The notes under the pieces were generated by a model. It was not told the origin of the DNA. It was given only the letters and a program-made list of their open reading frames with translations, and ran no database searches. Below are positions 19,771-31,554 of a DNA stretch of 64,000 bases, one piece after another; positions within the stretch are counted from its first letter, which is position 1; each line of letters begins with the position of its first letter. The stretch spans positions 544,001 through 608,000 of the forward strand of contig CAVRQT010000002.1 in the NCBI GenBank assembly GCA_963723515.1, in the 5' to 3' direction. This stretch comes from Vulcanimicrobiota bacterium. Its GTDB lineage: Bacteria; Vulcanimicrobiota; Vulcanimicrobiia; Vulcanimicrobiales; Vulcanimicrobiaceae. The translations under genes were made by a program, and so were the position numbers.

Positions 19771-21126
19771 CTACTTCGAACGCACCTTAGGATACGCGCT
19801 CGTTTCAAAAAGTCCGGTCGGCTCCGCAAACGGCGTGATGCCGCTCGAACGCTGCACCTGTCCTCCTAAAGAGGAGAGCAACTCCTCAAAGCGCTCGTAG
19901 CCGCGATCGATGTACTCCAGGCCGATGATCTCCGTCTCACCCTGGGCGGCAAGGCCAGCAATGACAAGCGCCGCGCCGGCACGGATATCGGGCGCCTCGA
20001 CGGGCGCGCCGGAGAGAAACGGCACGCCTTTGATCAGCGCGCTGTTCGATTCCATTGCGACGCGTACGTCGGCACCCATGCGCGCCAACTCGTTGACATA
20101 CGAAAAACGCGCATTGAAGATCGATTCTTCGACGACGCTCGTCCCTAGCGCAGTTGCAAAGAAGGCGACCACTTGGGGTTGCAAGTCAGTGGGGAAACCG
20201 GGGTAGGGCGCGGTCAAAATATCCGTGCCGCCCTTCACATTCTCGGCCTTCACGCGAACCCAATCATCGCCCGACGATGTTTCAACACCGCATTCGGTCA
20301 ATTTGTCGAGTAAGGCGCGCTGATGATCCGGCTTGCACTTAGTGACCGTGACGTCGCCACGCGTCGTCGCGCCGCACAGCAGCAGCGTGCCGGCGACCAC
20401 CCGATCCGAAATGATCGAGTACTCGACGCCGTGCAATTCCAAGCAGCCTTCGATGACGACCGTATCGGTGCCGGCACCGCTGATCTTTGCGCCCATCGCG
20501 TTTAAAAAGTTGGCGAGATCGGCGACCTCGGGTTCCATCGCTGCATTTTTCAGCGTCGTCGTCCCTTCAGCGTTGACGGCTGCCAGCATCGCATTCTTCG
20601 TCGCGCCGACGCTCGGCATTCGCAACTCGATGTGCGCGCCGCGTAAGCGTTTGTATTTGGACGTTGCGATTAAATAGCCGTGTGCGTTCTTCACGTCGGC
20701 GCCAAGCGCACGAAAGGCTTGTTCGTGCATATCAGTCGCGCGTGTTCCCAGCACGCAGCCGCCGGGAAGCGGAACTTCAGCGCGACCGAAGCGCGCAAGC
20801 AGCGGGCCGACGAGATCGAATGATGCCGCGAGTTTGCGCACGAGCGTGTACGGCGCGCGATGCGACGCAACGTTGGACGCATCGATCGTGACGGTGCCGT
20901 CGCCTTCATAGCGCAAGCGTGCGCCGAGCGCTTCCAAAAGCGACCACATGACGGAGACGTCGGTGATGCGCGGCACGTGATGCAGCGTGACTTTGCCTTT
21001 GGCCAGCAGCGACGCAGCCATGATCGGCAGCGCCGAATTCTTCGCGCCGTGCGTTGGGACGGAACCCTCGAGACGGGCGCCTCCTTTGACGCGCAGCGTT
21101 GTCTCAAGCCGGTCGAGCGTATTCAT
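19771..21126 (-). CDS. murA: UDP-N-acetylglucosamine 1-carboxyvinyltransferase
   Basis: GAKNSALP, LPGGCVLG, PSVGAT, PYPGFPTDLQ, APDIRAGAAL, IDRGYE. Confidence 0.96.
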   Translation of the reverse strand: MNTLDRLETTLRVKGGARLEGSVPTHGAKNSALPIMAASLLAKGKVTLHHVPRITDVSVMWSLLEALGARLRYEGDGTVTIDASNVASHRAPYTLVRKLAASFDLVGPLLARFGRAEVPLPGGCVLGTRATDMHEQAFRALGADVKNAHGYLIATSKYKRLRGAHIELRMPSVGATKNAMLAAVNAEGTTTLKNAAMEPEVADLANFLNAMGAKISGAGTDTVVIEGCLELHGVEYSIISDRVVAGTLLLCGATTRGDVTVTKCKPDHQRALLDKLTECGVETSSGDDWVRVKAENVKGGTDILTAPYPGFPTDLQPQVVAFFATALGTSVVEESIFNARFSYVNELARMGADVRVAMESNSALIKGVPFLSGAPVEAPDIRAGAALVIAGLAAQGETEIIGLEYIDRGYERFEELLSSLGGQVQRSSGITPFAEPTGLFETSAYPKVRSK

Positions 21127-21566
21127 GCGATCGGCTCGCAATGCAGCGTCTGTCCGTCGTATGGACCACCGCTGATCTCCAAAGAGAGATCTGAATCGCT
21201 TGTCGCCATTACCATCTCGAATGATACATCATCGCGGAGCGCGGCCATGACGACCTTCTTGTCGACCGCGACGCCGGAATAGCGGCACCCATCGAGCGTC
21301 GCAAGCCGAACGCGTCCGTCGGAGTAGAAGCCGGCATACAGGGGGCCGCTTTGCGTGCGCAGCCGATAGCGCCGCGCATCATTGTCCGCGATTTCGGTGA
21401 TGAAAGCAGGGAGCGCTTCGCTGCGTGAGGGCGTTTCTTGACGCTTTGATCCGGATTCGGCTGTTGCGAGCAGCATCGCTTTGAGGGCCGCAATCTCTAT
21501 GATCAACTGAGTGAGGACGACCCAACCCGCGGAGCGCGGCATGGCGGCAACTTCGGCGCGGCGCAC
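21123..21566 (-). CDS. Hypothetical protein
   Basis: Fills the atpC-murA gap with its stop overlapping the murA ATG; start uncertain. Confidence 0.55.
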   Translation of the reverse strand: MRRAEVAAMPRSAGWVVLTQLIIEIAALKAMLLATAESGSKRQETPSRSEALPAFITEIADNDARRYRLRTQSGPLYAGFYSDGRVRLATLDGCRYSGVAVDKKVVMAALRDDVSFEMVMATSDSDLSLEISGGPYDGQTLHCEPIA

Positions 21567-21586
21567 GTGCTTCCGCCGCGCTACGG

Positions 21587-21994
21587 CTAGTGGTGGCCTG
21601 TTAAGCGAAGTTTTGCGCTGGCAAAGTCGATCGTGGCCTGTTCCCGCGCGAAAGCCGCCGCGTCGGGAGCGCTCTTTTGCCGCTCGAGCGCCTCGTTCAG
21701 CTCGCTGCGCGCTGTTGCCGGATTAACGTCTTCGAAGCGTAAGGCGCGATCCACGAGCACGGTCACCCGATCGGGAAGCGCCTGCATGAAGCCTTCGCCC
21801 GTCGCAAGCTCCAATCGCTGACCTCCACTAACGTTCGCGCGCAAAACGCCGGGACGCAGCGCCGTCAAGAACGGCGCATGCCGCGGCAAGATGCCTTCCT
21901 CGCCTTCTGTTCCGACGGCAATAACGAGTTCCGCATCACCTTCAAAGACGACCTCGGTCGGCGTGATTAACTTAAACGAAACAGTACTAGCCAT
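21587..21994 (-). CDS. atpC: ATP synthase F1 epsilon
   Basis: LITPT...EGEEGILPRHAPFLTAL. Confidence 0.95.
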   Translation of the reverse strand: MASTVSFKLITPTEVVFEGDAELVIAVGTEGEEGILPRHAPFLTALRPGVLRANVSGGQRLELATGEGFMQALPDRVTVLVDRALRFEDVNPATARSELNEALERQKSAPDAAAFAREQATIDFASAKLRLTGHH

Positions 21995-22011
21995 GCGCGA
22001 CTATCTCTCGC

Positions 22012-22141
22012 CACACTTCGATAGGCTCAGTGTGACACAGGGACTTCCGCGCAAAGCATGATCGTGCGCTAAAGGCGTTAGTCCCGGTGTCATGTTGAGC
22101 AGTGAGCCTGCCCTGAGCGACGTCGAAGGGTCGAAACATGA

Positions 22142-22142
<1 letters not shown>
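22012..22142. repeat. Composite/nested REP-like palindrome between atpD and atpC
   Basis: Units cacact-gagc-cta-tcga-agtgtg (minus), gtcatgtt-gagc...tcga-aacatgac and nested ccct-gagc-gacg-tcga-aggg; 22025-22045 also pairs with 22080-22100. Confidence 0.75.
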
Positions 22143-23668
<1,526 letters not shown>

Positions 23669-24535
23669 TTAGCTTTTAGAGAGCGCTTCCGCGCCGCTGA
23701 CGATCTCAAGCAGCTCCTTCGTGATCGCTGCTTGGCGCGCGTTGTTCATCTCGATCGTGAGTTCGTCGATCAGTTTGCCCGCGTTGTCGGTTGCGTTGTT
23801 CATCGCTATGAGCTGCGCGGCGAAGAAGGCGGCATCCGTTTCGAGCATCGCGGAGAAGAGCGTGAATTCGAGGTACTTCGGGAGCAGCCGCGAGAGCACG
23901 AATTCGGGCGACGGCGCAAACTCTACAGCGCCCCGCGGCCCTCTCTGAACGCCGGCTTCCCGTGCGGCGGCTTCCACGGGCACCAGTTTGCGCACATAGG
24001 GCCGCTGCACCATCATCGAAATCATTTGTGCGGCAACGAGCGTAATATCCGAGATAGCGCCGCTCACAAAATCGTCCGTAACCTGCCGCGCGAGCTCGCG
24101 TGCGACCTCGATCTTAGGTTGCGCGCTGATCGCCCACGTCGGACGGTTCCCTCCTCCGAGCCGGCGAACCGCGTTGCGCGCCTTGATGCCGACGGTGTAA
24201 AACGCGACATCGCGCTGCGCGTTGCGATACTGCTCCGCCTCGCGGATCACATTGGAGTTAAAGGCGCCGGCCAGCCCTTTGTCCGCAGTCATCACGATTA
24301 CTCCGGATGGCGCTCCACTGCGGCCCGGCTTCATGAACGGATGGTCGACGCTCGAGACGTTGGCGAGCAAATCGCGCAGCATCTCGTCGAGCGTATCCGC
24401 GTAGGGGCGAGCCTGCTTCTTCGCTGCTTCCGCGCGCCGAATTTTCGCCGCGGCGACTTGCTTCATCGCCTTGGTAATCTGCTGCGTGTTGCGCAACGAC
24501 CTGATGCGGTCGCGCAGATCTCTGAGCGACGGCAT
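23669..24535 (-). CDS. atpG: ATP synthase F1 gamma
   Basis: NTQQITKAMKQVAAAK, DKGLAGAFN, AMNNATDNA, RQAAITKEL. Confidence 0.97.
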   Translation of the reverse strand: MPSLRDLRDRIRSLRNTQQITKAMKQVAAAKIRRAEAAKKQARPYADTLDEMLRDLLANVSSVDHPFMKPGRSGAPSGVIVMTADKGLAGAFNSNVIREAEQYRNAQRDVAFYTVGIKARNAVRRLGGGNRPTWAISAQPKIEVARELARQVTDDFVSGAISDITLVAAQMISMMVQRPYVRKLVPVEAAAREAGVQRGPRGAVEFAPSPEFVLSRLLPKYLEFTLFSAMLETDAAFFAAQLIAMNNATDNAGKLIDELTIEMNNARQAAITKELLEIVSGAEALSKS

Positions 24536-24557
24536 TACGGTTGAAGGCTCCTCTGCC

Positions 24558-26057
24558 TTAGAACGATTTGTTGTACTCCTTGACCGCCGCTTCCAATTTG
24601 CCAAGCGTCTCATCGGAGAGTTGGTTGCTGGAAGCAATCGCCCGCGGAATATCGTCGTGTTTTGCGTGCAACGAATCGATGAAGCCGCGCGCCCACTCTT
24701 GCAGGCGTGGCGTCGGAATGTCCATGACATAGCCGTTGGTCGCCGCCCAGATGACAGCCACCTGATCCTCCATTGGTTGCGGATCGTATTGCGGCTGCTT
24801 CAGAAGTTCGGTCAACTTTTCGCCGCGCAGCAGTTGCATCTGCGTCGCTTTATCGAGATCGCTGGAGAGTTTCGCAAACGCGGCGAGATCGCGATATTGC
24901 GCCAGTTCAAGCTTCAAACGGCCTGCGACGCTCTTCATGGCCTTCGTTTGCGCGTTGCCGCCCACGCGCGACACCGACAACCCGACGTCAACCGCCGGCC
25001 GTATGCCTTGAAAAAACAGTTGCGGCGTCAAGTAGATCTGTCCGTCCGTGATCGAAATGACGTTCGTCGGAATATACGCCGAGAAGTCACCGGCCTGCGT
25101 TTCGATGATAGGCAAGGCGGTCAGCGATCCGCCGCCGCGTGCGTCGGAAAGCTTCGCCGCGCGTTCGAGCAGCCGTGAATGCAGATAGAAGACGTCGCCC
25201 GGATACGCCTCGCGGCCCGGCGGGCGACGCAGCAGCAGGGACATCTCGCGGTAGGCCTGCGCGTGCTTTGTGAGATCATCGTAGATGATCAGTACGTCTT
25301 TGCCCTGATACATGAACTCTTCGCCCATCGCACAGCCGGCGTACGGCGCCATCCACTTCAGCGCTGCGGCTTCCGACGGTCCGGCGGCGACGATGGTCGT
25401 GTACTCCATGGCACCGCGCGATTCGAGCGTTTGTGCGACCGCCGCAACCGTCGAATTCTTCTGACCGATCGCGACGTAAATGCAGATGACGTTCTTGCCG
25501 CGCTGGTTGATGATCGCATCGAGCGCGATTGCGGTCTTACCGGTGCTGCGATCGCCGATGATCAGCTCGCGCTGACCGCGACCGATGGGAATCAACGCGT
25601 CGAGAACGCGGATGCCCGTCTGCAACGGTTGTTTCACGGGCTGGCGATCGACGACGCTCGGGGCAACGTTCTCGATCGTTCGGAAGCGGGTCGCGTTGAT
25701 CGGACCTTTGTCGTCGATCGGCTGGCCGAGCGGATTGACCGCACGCCCAAGCAGCGCATCGCCGACCGGAACCGAGGCGATGCGCCCCGTCCTTCGCACC
25801 TTATCGCCCTCTTGAATCTCGGTATCGGGGCCTAAGATGACAACACCGACGTTGTCCTCTTCGAGGTTGAGAACGACGCCTTGCAAGCCGTTCGGAAACT
25901 CGACGAGCTCTGACGCGCGCACGGCATCCAATCCGTAGATACGCGCTAAATTTGCGCCGACCTCAATGACGGTGCCGACCTGGTCCTCTTGTATCTCGGT
26001 CTTAAAGCCCGCGATTTGCTGCTTTAAGATGCCCGCTATTTCATCTGCATTGATCAT
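24558..26057 (-). CDS. atpA: ATP synthase F1 alpha
   Basis: [38 protein letters not shown]. Confidence 0.98.
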   Translation of the reverse strand: MINADEIAGILKQQIAGFKTEIQEDQVGTVIEVGANLARIYGLDAVRASELVEFPNGLQGVVLNLEEDNVGVVILGPDTEIQEGDKVRRTGRIASVPVGDALLGRAVNPLGQPIDDKGPINATRFRTIENVAPSVVDRQPVKQPLQTGIRVLDALIPIGRGQRELIIGDRSTGKTAIALDAIINQRGKNVICIYVAIGQKNSTVAAVAQTLESRGAMEYTTIVAAGPSEAAALKWMAPYAGCAMGEEFMYQGKDVLIIYDDLTKHAQAYREMSLLLRRPPGREAYPGDVFYLHSRLLERAAKLSDARGGGSLTALPIIETQAGDFSAYIPTNVISITDGQIYLTPQLFFQGIRPAVDVGLSVSRVGGNAQTKAMKSVAGRLKLELAQYRDLAAFAKLSSDLDKATQMQLLRGEKLTELLKQPQYDPQPMEDQVAVIWAATNGYVMDIPTPRLQEWARGFIDSLHAKHDDIPRAIASSNQLSDETLGKLEAAVKEYNKSF

Positions 26058-26062
26058 TTATG

Positions 26063-26116
26063 AGGCGCTCCGCTCCAAGCTCCGCGCCCCCCAGCCGAGC
26101 TGGGGCCCCCAAACCA
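26063..26116 (-). repeat. 54-bp dispersed repeat, copy 1 (5' of atpA)
   Basis: 51/54 identical to 52790-52843. Confidence 0.9.
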
Positions 26117-26242
26117 AGGAGCGCTCACGATGTTTGTCATTGCACGATCCCCCGAGGGCGCTCCAAACAACATGCGTTGTCTTGAGGCGCTCCCCATTGA
26201 CGTCAAGGCACCGTTCCCCGGTGCCTCAAATTCGCATTTCAT

Positions 26243-26785
26243 TTAAGTTGCTCCGAGCAACTCTCTGCTGAGTTCGTCGAGGCGGCCCGCTACCGAACCG
26301 TCGATCCGCCGATCGCCCATCATGATGCGGACGCCGCCGATCAGATTTGGATCAACCTTCTGCGTGACTTCGAAGTGCGTTGCGTAGCGGGTCTCTAACT
26401 CTTTGACCAAGGCGCTCAGCTGCTGTGCCGTAAGTTCTAACGCGGTCGTCACGGTTAGGGGTCGCGCGCCCCGCGCATCCATCTGTATTTGACGATACTG
26501 CTCCACCATCTCACGCAAGACCGCTTCACGCCGCTTTCGCACGAGCAACACGACGGTGTGCAGCGCCACGTCGTCGACTTTACCGGAAAATGCCGCAAGC
26601 AGCGCGCGCTCTTTCTCTTTTCGGTCGATGATCGGCGCGACAAAGAAACCGCGTGTTTGCGGATCCGAGAGAATTGCATCCCGCAGCATCGCCAAATCGT
26701 TGCCGACGCGTTCCACGGACGACTGCTCCTGCGCAAGATCGAAGACGGCTTGAGCGTAACGCCGCGCAAGGGTTTCGTTAGCCAT
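26243..26785 (-). CDS. atpH: ATP synthase F1 delta
   Basis: LARRYAQAVF, VDPNLIGG, IDGSV. Confidence 0.95.
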   Translation of the reverse strand: MANETLARRYAQAVFDLAQEQSSVERVGNDLAMLRDAILSDPQTRGFFVAPIIDRKEKERALLAAFSGKVDDVALHTVVLLVRKRREAVLREMVEQYRQIQMDARGARPLTVTTALELTAQQLSALVKELETRYATHFEVTQKVDPNLIGGVRIMMGDRRIDGSVAGRLDELSRELLGAT

Positions 26786-27276
26786 CAGTTCAGCGGCCGC
26801 CGCTCAATGAACCGCAGAAAGCCGTTGACGATCTGCGCATTGCGCGCCGCGTCGACTCGTTCGCTCGCCTCGCTGCGCGCAAGCGCCAGTGCTCCTGACG
26901 CGAGTTCCGACCGCAACTGTGCGCCCGCAGCGGCGCGCGCACGCTCCAACTCTCCCTGCGCGTTGTGAAGAACGCGTTCGCCGGCCTCCTTGGCTTGTGC
27001 GAACGCAGCTTCGCGCTCCCGTTGTCCTTGCGCGACCGCACGCTCTCGAATCGCCTTTGCATCCGCTTGCGCGTCGCCGGCTCTGGCCTGCAGCGCCTCG
27101 AGCGCCGCCTTCGCTTCGTCACGCCGGCGTTCCGCAAGCGCAATTTCATCGTTCTTCGCTTTCTGCGCGGCCAAGATCAGCGGAATCACAAACCTGCGGA
27201 AAAGCCAAATCAGCACGGCGATGAAGAGCACCGAGGAGACGACTTGGCTCCACGTCGCGATCGCTTCGTAGTTCAC
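26785..27276 (-). CDS. atpF: ATP synthase F0 subunit b
   Basis: N-terminal TM helix plus Ala/Glu/Arg coiled coil; operon position. Confidence 0.85.
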   Translation of the reverse strand: MNYEAIATWSQVVSSVLFIAVLIWLFRRFVIPLILAAQKAKNDEIALAERRRDEAKAALEALQARAGDAQADAKAIRERAVAQGQREREAAFAQAKEAGERVLHNAQGELERARAAAGAQLRSELASGALALARSEASERVDAARNAQIVNGFLRFIERRPLN

Positions 27277-27704
27277 GACGTCGCCTCGCTGAGCGTGCGC
27301 TCGACCATCATGTCTGCGAGCTCGCGCACCGTTGCATGGCTCCGCTCGCGCGCCCTCGCCAACTCCGAAGTAGCGGTGCGCTGGGCTTCTTCGACCAGCG
27401 CCGTCGCCTGACGCGAGTAGTCTTCCGAAAGCGCGGCGCTTTGGTTCGAAGCTTCGGCGCGCGTCTTCGTTAGCGTCGCTTCCGCTTCACGCCGCGCCGC
27501 GGCGCGCATCGCCTCCGCTTGCGCCTCTAAGTCGGCGGCCTGCTCGCGGTAGAGATCGTAATGCGCCACCAGACTGTTGATATAGTCGCGGCGCTTGCGA
27601 ATTGCATTGCCGACGGGCTTCAAAAAGACAACGTTCAACAACGCAAAGAAAATTGCGAAGTTGATCAGTTGTACGATAAACGTCCCGTCGAGCTTGAGGA
27701 ACAT
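27273..27704 (-). CDS. ATP synthase F0 subunit b'
   Basis: LDGTFIVQLINFAIFFALLNVVFLKPV...RR; second b-type subunit. Confidence 0.85.
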   Translation of the reverse strand: MFLKLDGTFIVQLINFAIFFALLNVVFLKPVGNAIRKRRDYINSLVAHYDLYREQAADLEAQAEAMRAAARREAEATLTKTRAEASNQSAALSEDYSRQATALVEEAQRTATSELARARERSHATVRELADMMVERTLSEATS

Positions 27705-27712
27705 CGCTCTGC

Positions 27713-27997
27713 TTAGTGGCCCGGCGGAATGTGGCTGAGCAATGTCGGCACTTTTGCGACGACGAGCAGCAGGTAGAACGCGATTCCGATCGAGATGATC
27801 GGAAACGCTTCCAGAATCCCGACGCCCAAGAAGAGAAACGTAAAGATGTTCGGTCGTGCCTCCGGCTGACGCGCGATCGCCTCGACAGCTTTCGAAGCGA
27901 CGATGCCATCCCCGATTCCCGAACCAAACGCGACGCCCGCCATGATGATTCCAAAGGCGATAAGCGTTGCTGCGACGACTAAGCTTTCAGAAGTCAA
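27713..27997 (-). CDS. atpE: ATP synthase F0 subunit c
   Basis: GSGIGDG, ARQPEA loop, essential Glu in ILEAFP. No ES/T motif, so probably H+-coupled. Confidence 0.96.
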   Translation of the reverse strand: MTSESLVVAATLIAFGIIMAGVAFGSGIGDGIVASKAVEAIARQPEARPNIFTFLFLGVGILEAFPIISIGIAFYLLLVVAKVPTLLSHIPPGH

Positions 27998-28018
27998 AAG
28001 ATCACCTTTCCTTGTAGA

Positions 28019-28750
28019 TTAGTGCTCTTCAGCGATCGCCAGGGAGAGATAGACGATCGCCAAGAGCGTGAATAAGAACGCTTGAATCGTACCGACGAAA
28101 AAGTTGAAGAACTGAATGAAAAACGGCACAATCGATGCCGCGAGCGAAAGGTCGACTGGTCCGATCTTCACCCTCGCGGTTACAATCGACGCGATGATGA
28201 TGAAGAGCAGCTCGCCGACGAAGATGTTGAAGAACAGCCGCGCTGCCAGCGTCACCGGACGTACCAATTCCTCGAGCGTGTTGATCGGAAGAAGCCACAC
28301 AAACGGTTTGGTCAAGTGCGCGAAATACTTGAGGCCTTTCTTGCGTAGCGCAACGATTTGAATCATCACGAAGACCATCAGCGCGTACGACACGGTCGTA
28401 TTCAGGTCGGCCGTCGGTGAGCCGCCGAACGGCAGGCCGAGCGCTTTGAACGGCAGCATACCGAATTGGTTCAACAAGAAAATGAAGAGAAACAGCGCGA
28501 TAAAGAATGGGACGAAACGCTCGCCTTCTTCACCGAGTACGCCGGTTACCAAATCCGCGATGTAGTTGATGATCGCTTCAAAGATCGCTTGACGTTTTGT
28601 AACGCGCGGCGAACGGTAGCTCGCGCCGATCCAGGCGAAAAGCAACAGCGCAATCAGCATCACGAGCCACGTCGTGACGATTGTATCCGAATGCACCGTG
28701 CCGAGAACTGGTAAGTTCCAAACCAGATGTTCGCCGATTTGCTCGTGCAA
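28019..28750 (-). CDS. atpB: ATP synthase F0 subunit a
   Basis: PTADLN, RPVTLAARLFFNI, GTIQAFLFTLL. Confidence 0.96.
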   Translation of the reverse strand: MHEQIGEHLVWNLPVLGTVHSDTIVTTWLVMLIALLLFAWIGASYRSPRVTKRQAIFEAIINYIADLVTGVLGEEGERFVPFFIALFLFIFLLNQFGMLPFKALGLPFGGSPTADLNTTVSYALMVFVMIQIVALRKKGLKYFAHLTKPFVWLLPINTLEELVRPVTLAARLFFNIFVGELLFIIIASIVTARVKIGPVDLSLAASIVPFFIQFFNFFVGTIQAFLFTLLAIVYLSLAIAEEH

Positions 28751-28755
28751 AAATC

Positions 28756-29070
28756 CTATTTCCGTTCAAAGTGGCGCCGTACCGAGAGCAGATACAACGC
28801 GAGTGGCAAGAAGAAGCCGGCAAAATAAATCGCTAGCATCCACCATTTGCCGACCAAGGCCAGCCCTAACGGCACTATAGCGAAGACGGCCAATCGCAAG
28901 AAACTACTTATGACGAACGCCGCAACGCTACGGTGCGCGAAAAGTCGCTCCGCGCCGTGCATGATCAGCCGCATGTTCAGCACGCCGCAAAGGCCGCCGG
29001 CCAGCAAACTGAACCCTGCCAGAAGCGAGCGCGCCGAAAGCCCCGCCGAGCCAACGATGACGACCGACAA
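28756..29070 (-). CDS. atpI: ATP synthase protein I (start may lie further upstream)
   Basis: Small multi-TM protein directly before atpB. Confidence 0.65.
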   Translation of the reverse strand: MSVVIVGSAGLSARSLLAGFSLLAGGLCGVLNMRLIMHGAERLFAHRSVAAFVISSFLRLAVFAIVPLGLALVGKWWMLAIYFAGFFLPLALYLLSVRRHFERK

Positions 29071-29168
29071 GCACCAGAGGGTGACGGATCGCTTGAGCGC
29101 TTCGTAACGGCGAGTGTCGGCAGCCGCGTCGGCGGCGCTGTAGTTCCCAGCGCCCAGCGCGCTACCCT

Positions 29169-29351
29169 CTAGCGTGTCTCACGGAGCAAGAGCCGCACCG
29201 CGCCGTACCCGCCGACGGCCATGCCGCAGAAAATGCCGGCGAGAACCCACAGTTGCTGTCCGGTGCGGTTGCCGATCCAGATTCCCAGTAATAAGCCCAG
29301 AAGTACTGCGCCGGCAAACGAACCGCCGGCTGCAATCAAGGCTACAGTCAC
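29169..29351 (-). CDS. AtpZ/AtpI-family small membrane protein
   Basis: GLLLGIWIGNRTG..WVLAGIFCG pattern; GTG overlaps the wecB stop. Confidence 0.7.
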   Translation of the reverse strand: MTVALIAAGGSFAGAVLLGLLLGIWIGNRTGQQLWVLAGIFCGMAVGGYGAVRLLLRETR

Positions 29352-30529
29352 GTCGCCGCGCCGGCGACCGGTTGCGAAACCGGAAATTCTTGCGGGTAGG
29401 AAGTACCCCGCAAACGCGCGAGCAGCCATGCGACGATCCGTTCCGCCGCATGTCCATCGCCGTACGGGTTGCTCGCTTTGGCCATCCGCTCGTATGCGAC
29501 GGTGTCCGAAAGGAGGCGCTGAGCGGTTCTTACGATTCGCGCTCGATCGATGCCGACAAGCTCGAGAGTGCCCGCCGTCAGCCCTTCGGGCCGTTCGGTC
29601 TCCTGCCGCATAACGAGCACGGGCTTACCCAAGGTCGGCGCTTCCTCTTGCAGACCGCCGCTGTCGGTTAACACGAACTTGCAACGGGAGACGCAAGCGA
29701 CGATTTCCGCGTAATTGATCGGATCGGTTAAGACGACGCCGTCTTCGTTGCCGAGAATTTCGCGCGCGATCGGCTGCACGCGCGGCGACGGGTGAACGGG
29801 CCAAACGATCTGCGGCCGTGACGGCAAGCGCACGATGTCGCGCAGCGCTAAGCAAATGTCGCGCATATAAGGATGGTTCTCGCGCCGATGCGCCGTGACG
29901 AGAATGACGTCGCGCTTAGGATCGAGCTGCTGCCATCCCGCCGGAAGTGCCAGATCCGGACGCTGCGCCGTTTCGAGAAACGCATCGATGACCGTATTGC
30001 CGGTCACGAAGATATCTTGCGGCGCCACGTTTTCATGCAGCAGATGCTGCTTCGCGAGCGGTGTCGGTGCAAATTGATACGTCGTCAGCACCGCCGTTAA
30101 ACGGCGATTCATCTCCTCGGGATAAGGAAGCCAGCGGTCCGAGGTGCGCAACCCGGCTTCAACATGACCAACGGGGACGTGCTGGTAGAACGCCGCGAGC
30201 GCGGCCGAGGTGCTGGTTGTCGTATCGCCGTGGACGAGAACGACATGCGGCTGTGCTTCTTCGATGACGGGTTCGATGTCGATCAGCACGCGCGTCATGA
30301 TATGCGTCAGCGACTGATCGGGTGTCATGATGTTTAAATCGTAGTCGGGCGCGATTTCAAAGAGCTCGAGCAGATCGTCGAGCATCTCACGATGCTGCGC
30401 AGAGACGCAAACAATCGTTTCAATCTTCGGGGCGGCGGACTTAAGCGCATGGACGACCGGCGCCATCTTGATCGTGTCGGGACGCGTCCCGAAAACGGTC
30501 ATGACGCGCAGCGGATGCTGCGCGCTCAC
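29348..30529 (-). CDS. wecB: UDP-N-acetylglucosamine 2-epimerase (non-hydrolysing)
   Basis: VFGTRPD, HGDTTT, HVEAGLR, PEEMNR, TDSGGLQEEAP, NPYGDG. Confidence 0.96.
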   Translation of the reverse strand: MSAQHPLRVMTVFGTRPDTIKMAPVVHALKSAAPKIETIVCVSAQHREMLDDLLELFEIAPDYDLNIMTPDQSLTHIMTRVLIDIEPVIEEAQPHVVLVHGDTTTSTSAALAAFYQHVPVGHVEAGLRTSDRWLPYPEEMNRRLTAVLTTYQFAPTPLAKQHLLHENVAPQDIFVTGNTVIDAFLETAQRPDLALPAGWQQLDPKRDVILVTAHRRENHPYMRDICLALRDIVRLPSRPQIVWPVHPSPRVQPIAREILGNEDGVVLTDPINYAEIVACVSRCKFVLTDSGGLQEEAPTLGKPVLVMRQETERPEGLTAGTLELVGIDRARIVRTAQRLLSDTVAYERMAKASNPYGDGHAAERIVAWLLARLRGTSYPQEFPVSQPVAGAAT

Positions 30530-31554
30530 AATCCCGCGAGTTTGGTCAGATGGCCAACGCCGCCCGAGAGCACGAGCGCGGTTGCGCCGAGCAGAAAACA
30601 GACGGCATAGATCAGTAGCACTGCCTGACGAACGTTCAACCCGTAGCGGAAGATCAATTGATGGTGAAAGTGGCCGCGGTCGGCTTCGGTGATGCGAGCG
30701 CCAGAACGCAAGCGGCGAACGATTGCAGCCGCGGTGTCCACGATCGGCAAGGCGAGGATCAATAACGGAACGAGGATGCTGATGGAAATCGTCGTCTTCC
30801 CTTCGCCCAAGATCGAGACGGTCGCAAAGACGAAGCCGATGAACAGCGAGCCCGCGTCACCCAAAAAAATCTTCGCGGGGTTAAAGTTATACGGCAGAAA
30901 CCCCAACGCCGCACCGGCCAGCGCAATGACGACGAGCGCCACGACGGAGTGATGGTGCGCGAGCGCAATGACGAAGAGGAACATTCCCGAGATCGCGGTG
31001 ACGCCGCTAAGCAACCCATCGAGGCCGTCGATGAAGTTGATCGCATTCATCATGCCGAGGTACCACAACAGCGTGAGCGGGATGCCGACGTACCAGGGAA
31101 AGTAGATGTATTGATGCGTCAGCGGATTCTCGACGTACGGGATGACGAAGCCGTAGAGCATCGCAAGCAATGCGACGACAGTCTGCGCAATGAATTTGTT
31201 GCGTGCGCGCATCGTCATCACGTCGTCCCAAAGCCCGACCACTAAGATCAACGTACCGCCGAAGAGCAGCCCGATCAGATTTCGGATGTCGCCGAGGTCG
31301 TGGAAAAAATTGAACGGCGACCACTTCGTCAGGGCGATGCCGAGCACGGAGAAGAGCGCCACGGCAAAGGCGAGATAGATCGCGATGCCGCCGATGCGCG
31401 GCGTCGGCGTTTCATGGACGCGGCGCTCGTCGGCGGCATCAAGCATGCCGACATGCGTAGCGAGCCTGCAGATCAGCGGCGTCGCAAACAATGCGGTCAG
31501 CGCCGAAATCAGCAGCGCCGAGAGGTACAGCCAGACGCCGCTCGCGCCGCTCAG
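30526..31554 (-). CDS. MraY/WecA/TagO-family undecaprenyl-phosphate GlcNAc-1-P transferase
   Basis: PTPRIGG, GLWDD, NAINFIDGLDGL, NFNPAKIFLGDAG, DRGHFHH; start approximate. Confidence 0.93.
   Translation of the reverse strand: MSGASGVWLYLSALLISALTALFATPLICRLATHVGMLDAADERRVHETPTPRIGGIAIYLAFAVALFSVLGIALTKWSPFNFFHDLGDIRNLIGLLFGGTLILVVGLWDDVMTMRARNKFIAQTVVALLAMLYGFVIPYVENPLTHQYIYFPWYVGIPLTLLWYLGMMNAINFIDGLDGLLSGVTAISGMFLFVIALAHHHSVVALVVIALAGAALGFLPYNFNPAKIFLGDAGSLFIGFVFATVSILGEGKTTISISILVPLLILALPIVDTAAAIVRRLRSGARITEADRGHFHHQLIFRYGLNVRQAVLLIYAVCFLLGATALVLSGGVGHLTKLAGL

Noticed and set aside
26054..26242. 62-aa ORF between atpH and atpA, and the MVWGPQLGWG extension of accB
   Set aside because: Both are translations of the 54-bp repeat or structured spacer, in different frames, with no protein-like features.
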